64,000 bases of DNA from Bacteroidota bacterium. Lineage in GTDB: Bacteria; Bacteroidota; Bacteroidia; Sphingobacteriales; Sphingobacteriaceae. The translations under genes and the position numbers were made by a program. The DNA is taken from positions 13,500 through 77,499 of the forward strand of contig JABDFM010000001.1 of NCBI GenBank assembly GCA_013286565.1, given 5' to 3'. This document shows positions 36,470 to 46,347 of this stretch, in pieces; within the stretch, counting starts at the first letter, position 1; each line of letters begins with the position of its first letter. The notes under the pieces were generated by a model that searched no databases, was not told the DNA's origin, and worked only from the letters and a program-made list of their open reading frames with translations.

Positions 36470-37053
36470 CCAACATAAAGCATTGATAATCAAGTATTTA
36501 CAAATTATTTCCAGAAAGTAAAATTCTCGTTTTGTTTCTATTAATAACAGATATTCAGATAGTTGCAAATATGACCAATTGATATATTTCTACTTTTTGT
36601 TACTATTTGTCGTTTTTTTGTTCCTTATATGTTCCTCGAAGTACTGTTTGTTCCTCATTTCATAAGTAAGGCTCTTGCCCGATTAACTGTATTAATATTC
36701 TTGGTCTGTATTTTGTCTTTAGGTATATGGTCGTTTTATTTTGACATCTAATTTTTTTTAGATTTTTGGCCTTAATTTAAAGCCACTGCCATATTATAAT
36801 ACTTTTAGAATTTTTTTTTATTGCTTATTGTAAATAGATTTTGTTGAAATATCAACAATTCATAATAGTGATTATTCATCATACAACAATCTGCGAGGGC
36901 TTAAATGCAATAATAACATCATGCCGAATCTCAACGAACTATTTTTTACGAAAAAAAATATGCATAAATTTAATAATATATAATTTCGAGACAGCCTTAA
37001 TCAAGCCCAGGCTTTTTCGAGCGAAGATAAACTGCAAGCCAAAACGTGCTACT

Positions 37054-39357
37054 ATGAAAAAGTTCATTTTTACCTGTATAATAATTGGTATTGGATTGTA
37101 CGGAATGGCACAGGATACCAGGTCGGCACAAACGCTGAACCTTATTATTAATGACGGCCATAACAGCCCTGAAAACCGTGTACAGGCATGCGTTCGCCAG
37201 GGGGAATACTACATCAACAAGTCTGGCAGGGGCCTAAAGGACCTCGATAGCGCATCTGTTTCACTTAAACACGGAGAACAGCTTAGTAAAGACTTTAACC
37301 TGCACACAACGGATGGTGAGCTCCTGTTTTTAGAAGCCTTGATCTACAAACAAAAGGGCTCACGTGAAGAGGGCAATCGCATTAATAACCTGGCGGTCGG
37401 CTACCTGAGAAAAAAACCAGGCAGCGACTTTCTTGGGCGCGCATTACTCGAGAAAGGCGATTATCTGAATATTGATGATGGTGATGATCAGTTAAAAGAA
37501 AAGATTGCCTTACTTAATGAGGCCTTGCCCTGTTTCCAGGGAACAGGGTATGTACGAACCAGGGCCGGATTATGGAAATCACTTGGTGACCTGTACGGTA
37601 TAAACCGGGTGGACCCGAAGAGTATGGCCCTTGCCCTCGAAGCTTATCAGCGATCAATGGATACATATTTCAGCTATGGTTATAAGAATATCCAGGATAT
37701 TTATATTGAAATGGCGGGTATTTACCGGGATCTCAGAAATGATAAGGAAGGATTACACTATTGCTTAATGGCCATACAAACGGCAGAAAGAGCCAGGGAT
37801 AGCAGTGCGACCATGTGCCAGATCTATAATGCTGCGGGAATGCAATATTATCAATTATTGGATTATACCAATGCAAAGAAATATTGGCTCGCGGCGTTAA
37901 AGTTATCGGAAAAACTCAATGACAAGAGCGGCATTTTCAACATCACCGTAAACTTGTATGTATGTTACAGGCACACTAAAGAGTACGGCAAATTAAAACA
38001 CCTGTTGGATCAGGTCCATTCGATGTTCCCGAAAAATGATCTTGAAAATCAATATGTTACAGGCGTTGCATATTTGGGTTATTATAACGAGATCAAAGAT
38101 CCGGTAAATGGTAAAAAATATTGTTTGCAAATGATAAAACTGATCAGCAGCGCAAATGAATCCATTCTTCGCCATATGGGACAGGAAACTTACGCTACTA
38201 TTTCAGATTATTACGCTTCGGTGCATGATTTCAATAATGCTTATAAATACTGGGCGCTTGCTTATTCAATGATGGTGCGCTTTGATAACAAATTGTCGAA
38301 TATAGCACATGCGTTCCATGCACATTTTATGATAGACACCGCCAGTCATAACCTTCCATCAGCAATTTTATACCTCAATCGCTACACAAATTTCAGAGAT
38401 TCGATATATACAGTAAGTAAAGCAGAGCAGCAGGCAAACCTCCAGGTGATGTACGATATCAAAGAGAAAGAGTATGAATTGGCGGATAGTCGGCAAAAAA
38501 TTCAAATGCTTATCCAAAACCAACAATTGCAGCAGGCCAACCTTAAGCAGGCGGTATTGATCAGGAATATTACAATCGGCTTCACAATCATCGTAATCGT
38601 TGTCAGTTTGCTGTTATACAGAATGGTTGTTCTTTACAGAAAAGGCATACGGAAGATCGCTAAGACGAATTCACTGCTGGAGAAATTAGTGTCTGAAAAA
38701 GAGTGGCTGCTCAGAGAGATACATCACCGGGTTAAAAATAACCTGCATACCGTTATCTGCCTGCTGGAATCGCAGGCCGCTTACCTGGAAAAGGACGCAT
38801 TGAAGGCGATTGACGATAGCAGGCACAGGATTTATGCCATGTCGTTGATCCACCAAAAGCTTTACGAAAATGAAGATGTGAAAACAATAGACATGAATGA
38901 TTTTGTAACTGCCCTGGTTCACTATTTGAAGGATAGTTATAATTTGAAGCATGACATTACTTTTGATCTTAACATTGCACCAGTTTTAATTGACACCTCG
39001 ATAGCCATCCCCATCGGCTTGATCATTAACGAGGCTGTTACGAACTCCATAAAATATGCGTTTGAGAAAAATGACAGGGGGCAAATCACCGTCAAATTAT
39101 ATGAACAGCAGGAAAAAATAGTAGTTATCGTTGCCGATAATGGTGTCGGTATCGATATGGACTTAGTAAATAATCCCATGCCATCTATGGGTCTGCGTTT
39201 GATAAGGGGTCTTTGCGGAGATATTGGAGGCACGGTATCATTTGGCAATAACGGAGGTACGGAAATTACATTAATTTGCAACCGTGTCCTGGTCGTTGAT
39301 GAAGTAATTAACATGGAAGAACTTTTAAATAATATACCCGATGCCATCGAAAACTAA
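37054..39357 (+). CDS. TPR-repeat sensor histidine kinase (HisKA_2 family)
   Basis: Signal peptide MKKFIFTC..., helical-repeat periplasmic region, TM helix, LLREIHHRVKNNL, NEAVTNSIKYAF, DNGVG. Confidence 0.9.
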   Translation: MKKFIFTCIIIGIGLYGMAQDTRSAQTLNLIINDGHNSPENRVQACVRQGEYYINKSGRGLKDLDSASVSLKHGEQLSKDFNLHTTDGELLFLEALIYKQKGSREEGNRINNLAVGYLRKKPGSDFLGRALLEKGDYLNIDDGDDQLKEKIALLNEALPCFQGTGYVRTRAGLWKSLGDLYGINRVDPKSMALALEAYQRSMDTYFSYGYKNIQDIYIEMAGIYRDLRNDKEGLHYCLMAIQTAERARDSSATMCQIYNAAGMQYYQLLDYTNAKKYWLAALKLSEKLNDKSGIFNITVNLYVCYRHTKEYGKLKHLLDQVHSMFPKNDLENQYVTGVAYLGYYNEIKDPVNGKKYCLQMIKLISSANESILRHMGQETYATISDYYASVHDFNNAYKYWALAYSMMVRFDNKLSNIAHAFHAHFMIDTASHNLPSAILYLNRYTNFRDSIYTVSKAEQQANLQVMYDIKEKEYELADSRQKIQMLIQNQQLQQANLKQAVLIRNITIGFTIIVIVVSLLLYRMVVLYRKGIRKIAKTNSLLEKLVSEKEWLLREIHHRVKNNLHTVICLLESQAAYLEKDALKAIDDSRHRIYAMSLIHQKLYENEDVKTIDMNDFVTALVHYLKDSYNLKHDITFDLNIAPVLIDTSIAIPIGLIINEAVTNSIKYAFEKNDRGQITVKLYEQQEKIVVIVADNGVGIDMDLVNNPMPSMGLRLIRGLCGDIGGTVSFGNNGGTEITLICNRVLVVDEVINMEELLNNIPDAIEN

Positions 39358-40738
39358 AATACTTATAGTCGAAGACCAGTATATTGAGGCCAGTAATCTT
39401 GAGCTTATTCTCTTGCGTGCAGGATATACAGTATGCGAAATTGCCCGATCTGTTGCTGCTGCACTCAAAATTATTGCCAGCGAGAAACCCGATATGGTCT
39501 TGCTGGATATTCAACTGCAGGGGCGGTTAACCGGGATCGATCTTGCTCAAATGCTATCCGAAAAGAACACTGCCTTCATTTTCATATCCGCTAATTCGCG
39601 ACAGCAAATACTGGATGCGGCCAAGGTGACCCGGCCCTATGGATTCCTTTTAAAGCCATTTCGGGAAAAGGATATTTTGATAGCGCTCGACGTGGCATTA
39701 TACACGCATATGCAGGATCGCGAATTGAAATTGAAAAATAAAACACCTGTAGATCCCTTGCACCGTGCAAACGGGGCCAGTAACATTATTGGTGATTCGA
39801 AGGCTGTGCTCCTGATGTTGAGCAACATTAAGATCGTGTCGCAGTCAGAAGTAGCTGTTCTTATTCTTGGCGAGAGCGGTACCGGGAAGGAACTGGTCGC
39901 GCAAAGCATTCATAAACAATCAGCTCGTTCATCTAAGCCATTTATCACGGTAAATTGTGCTGCTTTACCAGCTAATTTAATAGAATCAGAATTATTTGGA
40001 CATGAAAAAGGAGCCTTTACAGATGCATCCGTAGCGCGCACAGGTAAATTTGAACAGGCGAATGGCGGGACCATATTTTTAGACGAAATTGGGGAGATAC
40101 CTTTAGAAACCCAGGCCAAGTTCTTAAGGGTTCTCCAGGAGAAAGAGATTGAAGTAGTCGGCGGGAAAACCAAAAAAGTGGATGTTCGAATTTTGGCGGC
40201 TACTAACCGGAATCTCATTGAAGAAATGGCATCCGGTCGTTTTCGTGCAGATCTTTATTACAGGCTGAACGTTTTCCCGGTTATATCGCCTGCGTTGAGG
40301 TGCCGTGCGGACGATATTCCACTCCTTGCTAATCATTTTGTTCAGAAATACAGTGCCCAGGAAGGTAAAAACATCATTGGAATTGAAAACCAGGTAATGG
40401 AATTGTTGATTCGCTACCAATGGCCGGGCAACATACGAGAGCTTGAAAATGTCATCCACAGGGCCGTCATCCTATGCTCCGGAAATAAAATCAATTATAT
40501 CGACCTCGAGGACCAACCAAATGAGGCTCCGGCAGCTTTTGGACGATCAAGAAATATGATCGAAGTTGAGAAGGAACATATTATATCCGTACTCAAAGAA
40601 TGCGATTGGAAAGTCTACGGCTCCGGTGGCGCTGCGGCAACCCTCGGGATGAAAGTGTCTACCTTAAATTCGAGGATCAAAAAACTGGGCATTCATAAAG
40701 TTGGACTAAAAAAGAACAACACCCCCTACAAAAGCTGA
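39341..40738 (+). CDS. Sigma54-dependent response regulator (REC-AAA+-HTH)
   Basis: REC domain (IVEDQ, LLDIQL, KPF), [38 protein letters not shown]. Confidence 0.95.
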   Translation: MPSKTKILIVEDQYIEASNLELILLRAGYTVCEIARSVAAALKIIASEKPDMVLLDIQLQGRLTGIDLAQMLSEKNTAFIFISANSRQQILDAAKVTRPYGFLLKPFREKDILIALDVALYTHMQDRELKLKNKTPVDPLHRANGASNIIGDSKAVLLMLSNIKIVSQSEVAVLILGESGTGKELVAQSIHKQSARSSKPFITVNCAALPANLIESELFGHEKGAFTDASVARTGKFEQANGGTIFLDEIGEIPLETQAKFLRVLQEKEIEVVGGKTKKVDVRILAATNRNLIEEMASGRFRADLYYRLNVFPVISPALRCRADDIPLLANHFVQKYSAQEGKNIIGIENQVMELLIRYQWPGNIRELENVIHRAVILCSGNKINYIDLEDQPNEAPAAFGRSRNMIEVEKEHIISVLKECDWKVYGSGGAAATLGMKVSTLNSRIKKLGIHKVGLKKNNTPYKS

Positions 40739-40915
40739 ACCGCAGGAAACCCGATATTCTGCTTGCCTTCATGTCTTGATTACCCACAGATTATTTTCTG
40801 ACGTACTGGCTAAATTTGTTTATATAGCGACAAATTCAAGCCTTTACTGATTTTATTTCATAAAAAATCCATTGCATTTCGATAGATATTATTGAAGGTC
40901 AAGCATTTGCAAATG

Positions 40916-40930
40916 TGGCACAAATCGTGG
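40916..40930 (+). promoter_or_regulatory. Putative sigma54 -24/-12 promoter
   Basis: TGGCACAAATCGTGG about 35 bp before ATG 40964, directly downstream of a sigma54 activator gene. Confidence 0.5.
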
Positions 40931-40963
40931 TTAGTAAGATTTAAATTTTAAATCTTAAAAATC

Positions 40964-41741
40964 ATGAAAACAAACTTCAACAAAACCTGCCGCCGTTTAT
41001 TAATGACGCTCGCGGTGATCTTCATCGCCTACTCGTCGTCATTCGCTCAAATCAAAAAATGTAGTCCTCGTCCACGGAGCCTTTGCCGACGGTTCCGGCT
41101 GGAAAGGTGTTTACAACATCCTTGTTAAAAAAGGCTACCATGTCGTTGTATTGCAGGAGCCGATGACATCCTTAGAAGATGATGTCAAGAACTTACGCCA
41201 TGAACTGGACAAATTGGACGGTCCATGTATCCTGGTGGGACATTCGTATGGCGGCGCAGTGATCACCGAAGGAGGTAACCATCCCAAAGTTGCAGGCCTG
41301 GTTTATGTCGCCGCATTCCAGCCTGATAAGGGTGAGTCAGATCTTACCTTATTCCAATCCGCACCTGTCCTTCCTGAAAACGCCATATTACCTCCGGACG
41401 ATGCAGGTGTTGTTTACATTGACCCTGCAAGATATCGTGCCAGTTTCTGTGCGGATGTTCCTAAAGAACAAGCTGAGCTTATGGCCAACTCCCAGGGTGA
41501 ATTTGCTGGAAAGGCTTTTGCTACTCCTATAACTGATCCTGCCTGGAGGCACCTTCCGTCTTATGCCTGCATCGCTACAGAAGACAAAATGATCAACCCG
41601 GTAATCCAGCACAGAATATATGAGCGCTCCAACTCCAAGGTCACAGAGATCAAAGGCAGCCATTGTATTTTCATGTCTCAACCAGAAGCGGTATCTGCAT
41701 GGATCATTAAAGCCGCAACTGAATTATCTGCAAAAAATTAA
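40964..41741 (+). pseudogene. Secreted alpha/beta hydrolase, frameshifted (or sequencing error)
   Basis: Signal peptide MKTNFNK...SSSFAQIK. One extra A in the A6 run at 41054-41059 separates it from NVVLVHGAFADGSGW...GHSYGG. Confidence 0.8.
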
Positions 41742-41776
41742 TTAAAACGCAGGCGTATAAATCTGAATAAGCGACA

Positions 41777-43234
41777 ATGGATAAGCTAAAGCAAATAAAC
41801 GCAACATGTGAACAGGGTTCGTTGGTCGGAACTGTAACAGACGGGGTTTTGAACTTTTTCGATATTCCTTATGCGGAGACGGGCGGGCGCTTCAGAAACG
41901 CCAACCCTCCCCGCAAATGGGAGGGTACAAGGGATTGCACCAGCCGGGGTTCAATATTTCCTCAACTACCCAGCCGATTGGATTTTGTTCAGGGTCCGTA
42001 TGCAGACGGGTTAGAGCAGTCAGAAGACGCCTTTCGTTTGAACATCTTTACTCCTTCAATTGAAGGCAAATTACCAGTGCTTTTCTGGATACATGGTGGT
42101 GGCTTCATGACCGGAGGTGGTGCCCTCAAAACTTATAGCGGAGCTGCCCTTGCCAGGAGCGGCAGGGTTGTCGTTGTTACGGTCAACTACCGGCTTGGAA
42201 TTCTTGGAAACCTTTATCTGCCAGGAGTTGCGGACGGCAATTATTCTGTACGGGACCTTGAAGCTGCGCTATTTTGGGTTAAGCGGAATATCGAGAATTT
42301 TGGCGGAGATTCGGAATCGATCGTTGTTTCAGGACAATCAGCTGGTGCTTGGTATACGCAACTCCTGATAGGAATGAAATCTACGTCTGAAATCATTCGC
42401 GGAGCAGTAGTTCTAAGCTCCCCATCAGTCAGCCCGCTGACAACAGATGAAGCACAGTCAGATGCAGAAGCATTTTGCAAGCTTGCCGGCATTACCGATC
42501 CGGCGCGAGAACTTCCTGAACTTCCGGTTGATTCGTTGTTATCGGCACAGGCGAAACTTGGGGCTTCCAAGGTATCCTTCGGCACAATTGCTGTTCCTTC
42601 ATATCCCATGCAAGACCGGACTGTCCCACCGGATCTGGCAGAAGCTGCCCTTCGCTTTGCGCCGAAGCCACTGATCATCGGGTGGACTCGGGACGAAGCG
42701 GCAGCTTTCCTGGCAAGTGACCAGCATACGCTGAATGTCTCCAGCGACCAGGTATTGGCGAAGTTTAAAGAGATATTCGGTGTGAGTGGCACATTTCGAT
42801 ATCAGCACTCACTGAAAAAGCGTCTTGCCGGAACACCTTATACTGCGATTGTTGACCTGGTGACAGATAAGTGGTTCAAGCGAAGCTCGATTCGCGCTGC
42901 CAGGATGTACAGCCGTGCAGGAGGACCTGTTTACACGTTCCAACTCGATTATTCTTCGCCCCAGCCAAACGTTGGTGCTTGTCATTGCTTTGACATCCCG
43001 TTCTGGCTTGGGAACTTCGAGGACGCGAAAGATGGCCCAATGTTGTTCGGCCTCAATATGGCAGAAGCAAATACGCTATCCGCTTTGATGCAGAATTATC
43101 TGCTCAACTTCCTTCACACGGGCAATCCGAACAGCGAAGAACTCCCAATTTGGGAATCCTGCCGGAACAGTGAAATCCAAACTGTTCACTTCGGTGACTA
43201 TATAGCGTGTGTAGGAGGAGATGTCAGCGACTGA
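41777..43234 (+). CDS. Type-B carboxylesterase (PnbA-like)
   Basis: SED..LNIF, WIHGGGF, NYRLG, GQSAG nucleophile, TRDE, GACHCFD. Confidence 0.9.
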   Translation: MDKLKQINATCEQGSLVGTVTDGVLNFFDIPYAETGGRFRNANPPRKWEGTRDCTSRGSIFPQLPSRLDFVQGPYADGLEQSEDAFRLNIFTPSIEGKLPVLFWIHGGGFMTGGGALKTYSGAALARSGRVVVVTVNYRLGILGNLYLPGVADGNYSVRDLEAALFWVKRNIENFGGDSESIVVSGQSAGAWYTQLLIGMKSTSEIIRGAVVLSSPSVSPLTTDEAQSDAEAFCKLAGITDPARELPELPVDSLLSAQAKLGASKVSFGTIAVPSYPMQDRTVPPDLAEAALRFAPKPLIIGWTRDEAAAFLASDQHTLNVSSDQVLAKFKEIFGVSGTFRYQHSLKKRLAGTPYTAIVDLVTDKWFKRSSIRAARMYSRAGGPVYTFQLDYSSPQPNVGACHCFDIPFWLGNFEDAKDGPMLFGLNMAEANTLSALMQNYLLNFLHTGNPNSEELPIWESCRNSEIQTVHFGDYIACVGGDVSD

Positions 43235-43270
43235 GTTTCGACAGGTCATTAAAATAAACATACGATCAAA

Positions 43271-43319
43271 AGGCGGCTGGAAATTAATAAAGCCAGATGC
43301 CTGGATATTCCAGCCGCCT
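43271..43319. terminator. Intergenic stem-loop
   Basis: AGGCGGCTGGAA/TTCCAGCCGCCT perfect 12-bp stem with a 25-nt loop containing CCAG/CTGG. Confidence 0.5.
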
Positions 43320-43369
43320 GTTATTCATCAATCTGTTATTTAATAATTAACCTTTAAAAATCCAAAGAA

Positions 43370-44065
43370 ATGGAAAACAAGAAAATTAATAACGTAGTCC
43401 TTGTCCACGGGGCATTTGCTGATGCATCGGGTTTCAAAGCCTTGTATTGGGAACTAATCCGTAAGGGATTTAATGTTAGCGTGGTACAAAACCCGCTTAC
43501 GTCGCTGGAAGACGATGTTTTGGCGACGCATGTTGAATTGGACCGGCTGAACGGGCTGGCAATATTAGCCGGGCATTCATGGGGCGGAGCCGTGATCACT
43601 GAAGCGGGCAACCATCCCAATGTTGCCGGACTGGTATACATTGCTGCTTTTCAGCCGGACAACGGTGAATCGGCGCTTCAATGGCTACAGACAGTTCCCC
43701 CAGCACCTGAAAATGGGGTTTTGCCACCGGACGATAAAGGGATCGTGTACTATAGCAAAGAAAAATATCACGCAGGTTTCTGTGCCGACGTGGACGCAGA
43801 CGAAGCAAAGTTCATGTATGCTTCCCAGGGCGCATTCTATGCCAAAGGGTTTGTAACCCCGATTACCAATGCTGCTTGGCGTCATAAACCTGCTTTTGCT
43901 GTAATTGCAACTAAAGACAAAAGCATCGACCCCGAAATTCAACGGAATATGTACAAACGGTCAAACACCCAGGCTACAGAAGTTGAAGGCAGCCATGCCG
44001 TTTACATGGCCAAACCAAAAGAAGTTGCTAACGTAATTGCATTCGCAGCTGAAGCGGCAGGTTGA
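43370..44065 (+). CDS. Alpha/beta hydrolase (paralog of 40964-41741)
   Basis: NVVLVHGAFADASG, GHSWGG, LVYIAAFQPD, GSHAV. Confidence 0.9.
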   Translation: MENKKINNVVLVHGAFADASGFKALYWELIRKGFNVSVVQNPLTSLEDDVLATHVELDRLNGLAILAGHSWGGAVITEAGNHPNVAGLVYIAAFQPDNGESALQWLQTVPPAPENGVLPPDDKGIVYYSKEKYHAGFCADVDADEAKFMYASQGAFYAKGFVTPITNAAWRHKPAFAVIATKDKSIDPEIQRNMYKRSNTQATEVEGSHAVYMAKPKEVANVIAFAAEAAG

Positions 44066-44082
44066 AACGGCCGAATAAGAAG

Positions 44083-44155
44083 TAATAAGAGCCGGGTTGT
44101 TCCATTTGCGCTAATTTCCTGAAGCGCTTGGGTGCGACTCGGCTCTTATTATTTT
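44083..44155 (+). terminator. Long hairpin after the hydrolase operon
   Basis: TAATAAGAGCCGGGTTG pairs with CGACTCGGCTCTTATTA and is followed by a T run. Confidence 0.55.
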
Positions 44156-44183
44156 ATGCCATGCCTGCAAAAACCTCTAACTG

Positions 44184-44290
44184 TATTTCGTTAAAACAGG
44201 ATGATTAACGAAATATAGCAGCCACAATCAAGTTTCAAATTTGCTAAATATCTAAAAATAAACCAATTGAATAATTGGCATCGCTTTAGT
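44184..44290 (+). promoter_or_regulatory. Putative activator-binding palindrome plus sigma54 promoter
   Basis: TATTTCGTTAA-N10-TTAACGAAATA (44184-44215), then TGGCATCGCTTTAGT at 44276. Confidence 0.6.
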
Positions 44291-44350
44291 ATAGGCAGCA
44301 ATAACTGGCAAATTGAAAATTAGCATTTCTATCACTTAATCAATTTCAAA

Positions 44351-44545
44351 ATGGAAATAATGTATATGGTTACACACCTCGTTATGGTCATCTGTATAAT
44401 CGGCATTTTATATTTTTCAATTGATCCAAAAGCCGAAGTAGAAGAAAAACGAAAAGTGGCGCGTATTCATGGCTCGTTTTCAAAAATTAAGTCCGGAAAG
44501 CAGGTAATTATACCTTTTTACCCAATGGCTGAAAATGCCGGTTAG
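44351..44545 (+). CDS. Small membrane protein
   Basis: 64-aa ORF with one hydrophobic helix, between the putative promoter and the sigma factor gene. Confidence 0.45.
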   Translation: MEIMYMVTHLVMVICIIGILYFSIDPKAEVEEKRKVARIHGSFSKIKSGKQVIIPFYPMAENAG

Positions 44546-44634
44546 CATTTTGAAATAGTCGGAAAAGGAAATTTCCGGGATCGAAAATAAATCAGGAACA
44601 AACTGGAATCAAAAAGAATTTTAACCCAATTAGT

Positions 44635-45495
44635 ATGAGACAATTAGTCATATCAAAAAGTATTACGCACCGCGATCACAGATCGTTAGATAGTTATTTC
44701 AATGAAGTTGACAAAATTGATTTAATCAACTTAGAAGAGGAGGTGATGTTGACCAGGCTCGTGCGGGATGGGGATCAACTTGCATTGGAGCGCCTGACCA
44801 AAACTAATTTACGATTTGTTATCTCAGTGGCAAAACAATATCTGAACCAAGGAATTGCCCTGGGCGATCTCATCAACGAGGGTAATATGGGTTTGATAAC
44901 TGCTGCCAAGCGATATGATGAAACCAAAGGGTTCAAATTTATTTCCTATGCGGTTTGGTGGATACGTCAGGCGATAATTGCCGCCATTGCTTCGCAATCC
45001 CGCATGGTGAGGATGCCTTATAATAAAGTGGTTCTTCTAAATAAGATCAACAGATCATTTTCTGAACTCGAACAGCTTTATAACAGGAAACCAACTTCTG
45101 GGGAATTAGCGGAATACTTGGAAATTCCTATTGAAAATGTTTTAGAGTTACTCAATAACTCAGCGCCCTGTTTGTCTTTGGACGAACCCACGACACAGGA
45201 TGAACAGCAGAAATTAATTGACATTCTATTTGATGTCGAGGCAAAGGCTGACGATGTGTTGATGCGCGAATCGATACTCAAGGAAGTTGAATTTTCCTTT
45301 CGAATTTTAACTGAAAGGGAGCGTGAAATACTCATTTTGTTTTTTGGTTTGGGTCAGTTTCCACCGTTGCCAATGGACGAGATCGCAGAGCGATTTAATA
45401 TTACGACTTCTGGTGCGCGAAGGGTAAAAAACACAGCCCTTTTTAAACTTCGCAACGGCCGCAATGCGCCTGCTTTAATGATGTGTTTAAGTTGA
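44635..45495 (+). CDS. RpoD/SigA-family sigma factor (extra paralog of the Bacteroidetes primary sigma)
   Basis: MRQLVISKSIT N-terminus, NLRFVISVAKQY, DLINEGNMGL, GFKFISYAVWWIRQ, region 4 HTH. Confidence 0.92.
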   Translation: MRQLVISKSITHRDHRSLDSYFNEVDKIDLINLEEEVMLTRLVRDGDQLALERLTKTNLRFVISVAKQYLNQGIALGDLINEGNMGLITAAKRYDETKGFKFISYAVWWIRQAIIAAIASQSRMVRMPYNKVVLLNKINRSFSELEQLYNRKPTSGELAEYLEIPIENVLELLNNSAPCLSLDEPTTQDEQQKLIDILFDVEAKADDVLMRESILKEVEFSFRILTEREREILILFFGLGQFPPLPMDEIAERFNITTSGARRVKNTALFKLRNGRNAPALMMCLS

Positions 45496-45504
45496 AAGTA
45501 TGCG

Positions 45505-46068
45505 ATGAATAAAATGAAAGACAAATGCCGTTTTGCCACAGCACTATTATTTGCAATGGTGATTTCGTATCATTCGGTAAATGCGCAAAGTAAGCACCTC
45601 AGATTAGTATTTATCCGACATGCGGAAAAGCCCAGGGACGGCGAAAATCTTTCCTGCAAGGGTTTTAACAGGTCCATTCTGCTGCCTGATTTATTATTTA
45701 AGAAATTTGGCGTTCCAACCAACATCTATGTTCCGTCGATTGACCCGGGCGAATCGACCAAACATTGCCGTATGTTTCAAACAATCACCCCGTTTGCAGT
45801 TAAATTCAACCTGGCCATCAATTCTGAATATAACGAATCCGATTCTAAGAATATTGGAAACGCATTATTAAAAGAAAAAGGTACAATTATCATCGTATGG
45901 GAGCATAAGGCGATGCTTTCCGTTATACGTCACCTTGGTATTACTTCGGATTTTAAATGGCCGGATGATGATTTTGACAGTATTTGGATTGTGACTTTTG
46001 AAAAAGGCAGGGTGATATTAACAAAAGATAAGGAGGGGCTGAAGCCCTCTGATAATTGCTCCTTTTAG
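45505..46068 (+). CDS. Secreted histidine phosphatase family protein
   Basis: Signal peptide; FIRHAEKP (RHG/RHA motif), R..QT..P, VWEH. Confidence 0.82.
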   Translation: MNKMKDKCRFATALLFAMVISYHSVNAQSKHLRLVFIRHAEKPRDGENLSCKGFNRSILLPDLLFKKFGVPTNIYVPSIDPGESTKHCRMFQTITPFAVKFNLAINSEYNESDSKNIGNALLKEKGTIIIVWEHKAMLSVIRHLGITSDFKWPDDDFDSIWIVTFEKGRVILTKDKEGLKPSDNCSF

Positions 46069-46130
46069 CACATCGGTTTCAAAATAATGGCCTTCGGAAC
46101 GATCCTTTAAATTTCCCGCAGTAATATCGC

Positions 46131-46237
46131 TATTTCGTTAATCCCGGCTACTTGACGAAATGTCGTTGTTTTTACAGGTGTCAATATTTGCCATTCCGTT
46201 GATTATCAGCTAAATGAATCCATGGCATTCCGTTTGG
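46131..46237 (+). promoter_or_regulatory. Second activator-binding palindrome plus sigma54 promoter
   Basis: TATTTCGTTAA-N10-TTGACGAAATG (46131-46162), then TGGCATTCCGTTTGG at 46223, with the same spacing as the 44184 site. Confidence 0.62.
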
Positions 46238-46347
46238 ATTGCTATTGTTCAGTTGGTAGCATTTTTCAGCACGAAACTATGCTTAACGATCGCGAAGGCC
46301 TTTCAGTTTTTTGATGCACAGCTTAATCTATTTTAAATCATAAGGAT

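Noticed and set aside
36841-37053. N-terminal 71 aa of the 838-aa kinase ORF
   Set aside because: AT-rich upstream sequence with a TTG start; the signal peptide begins at ATG 37054.
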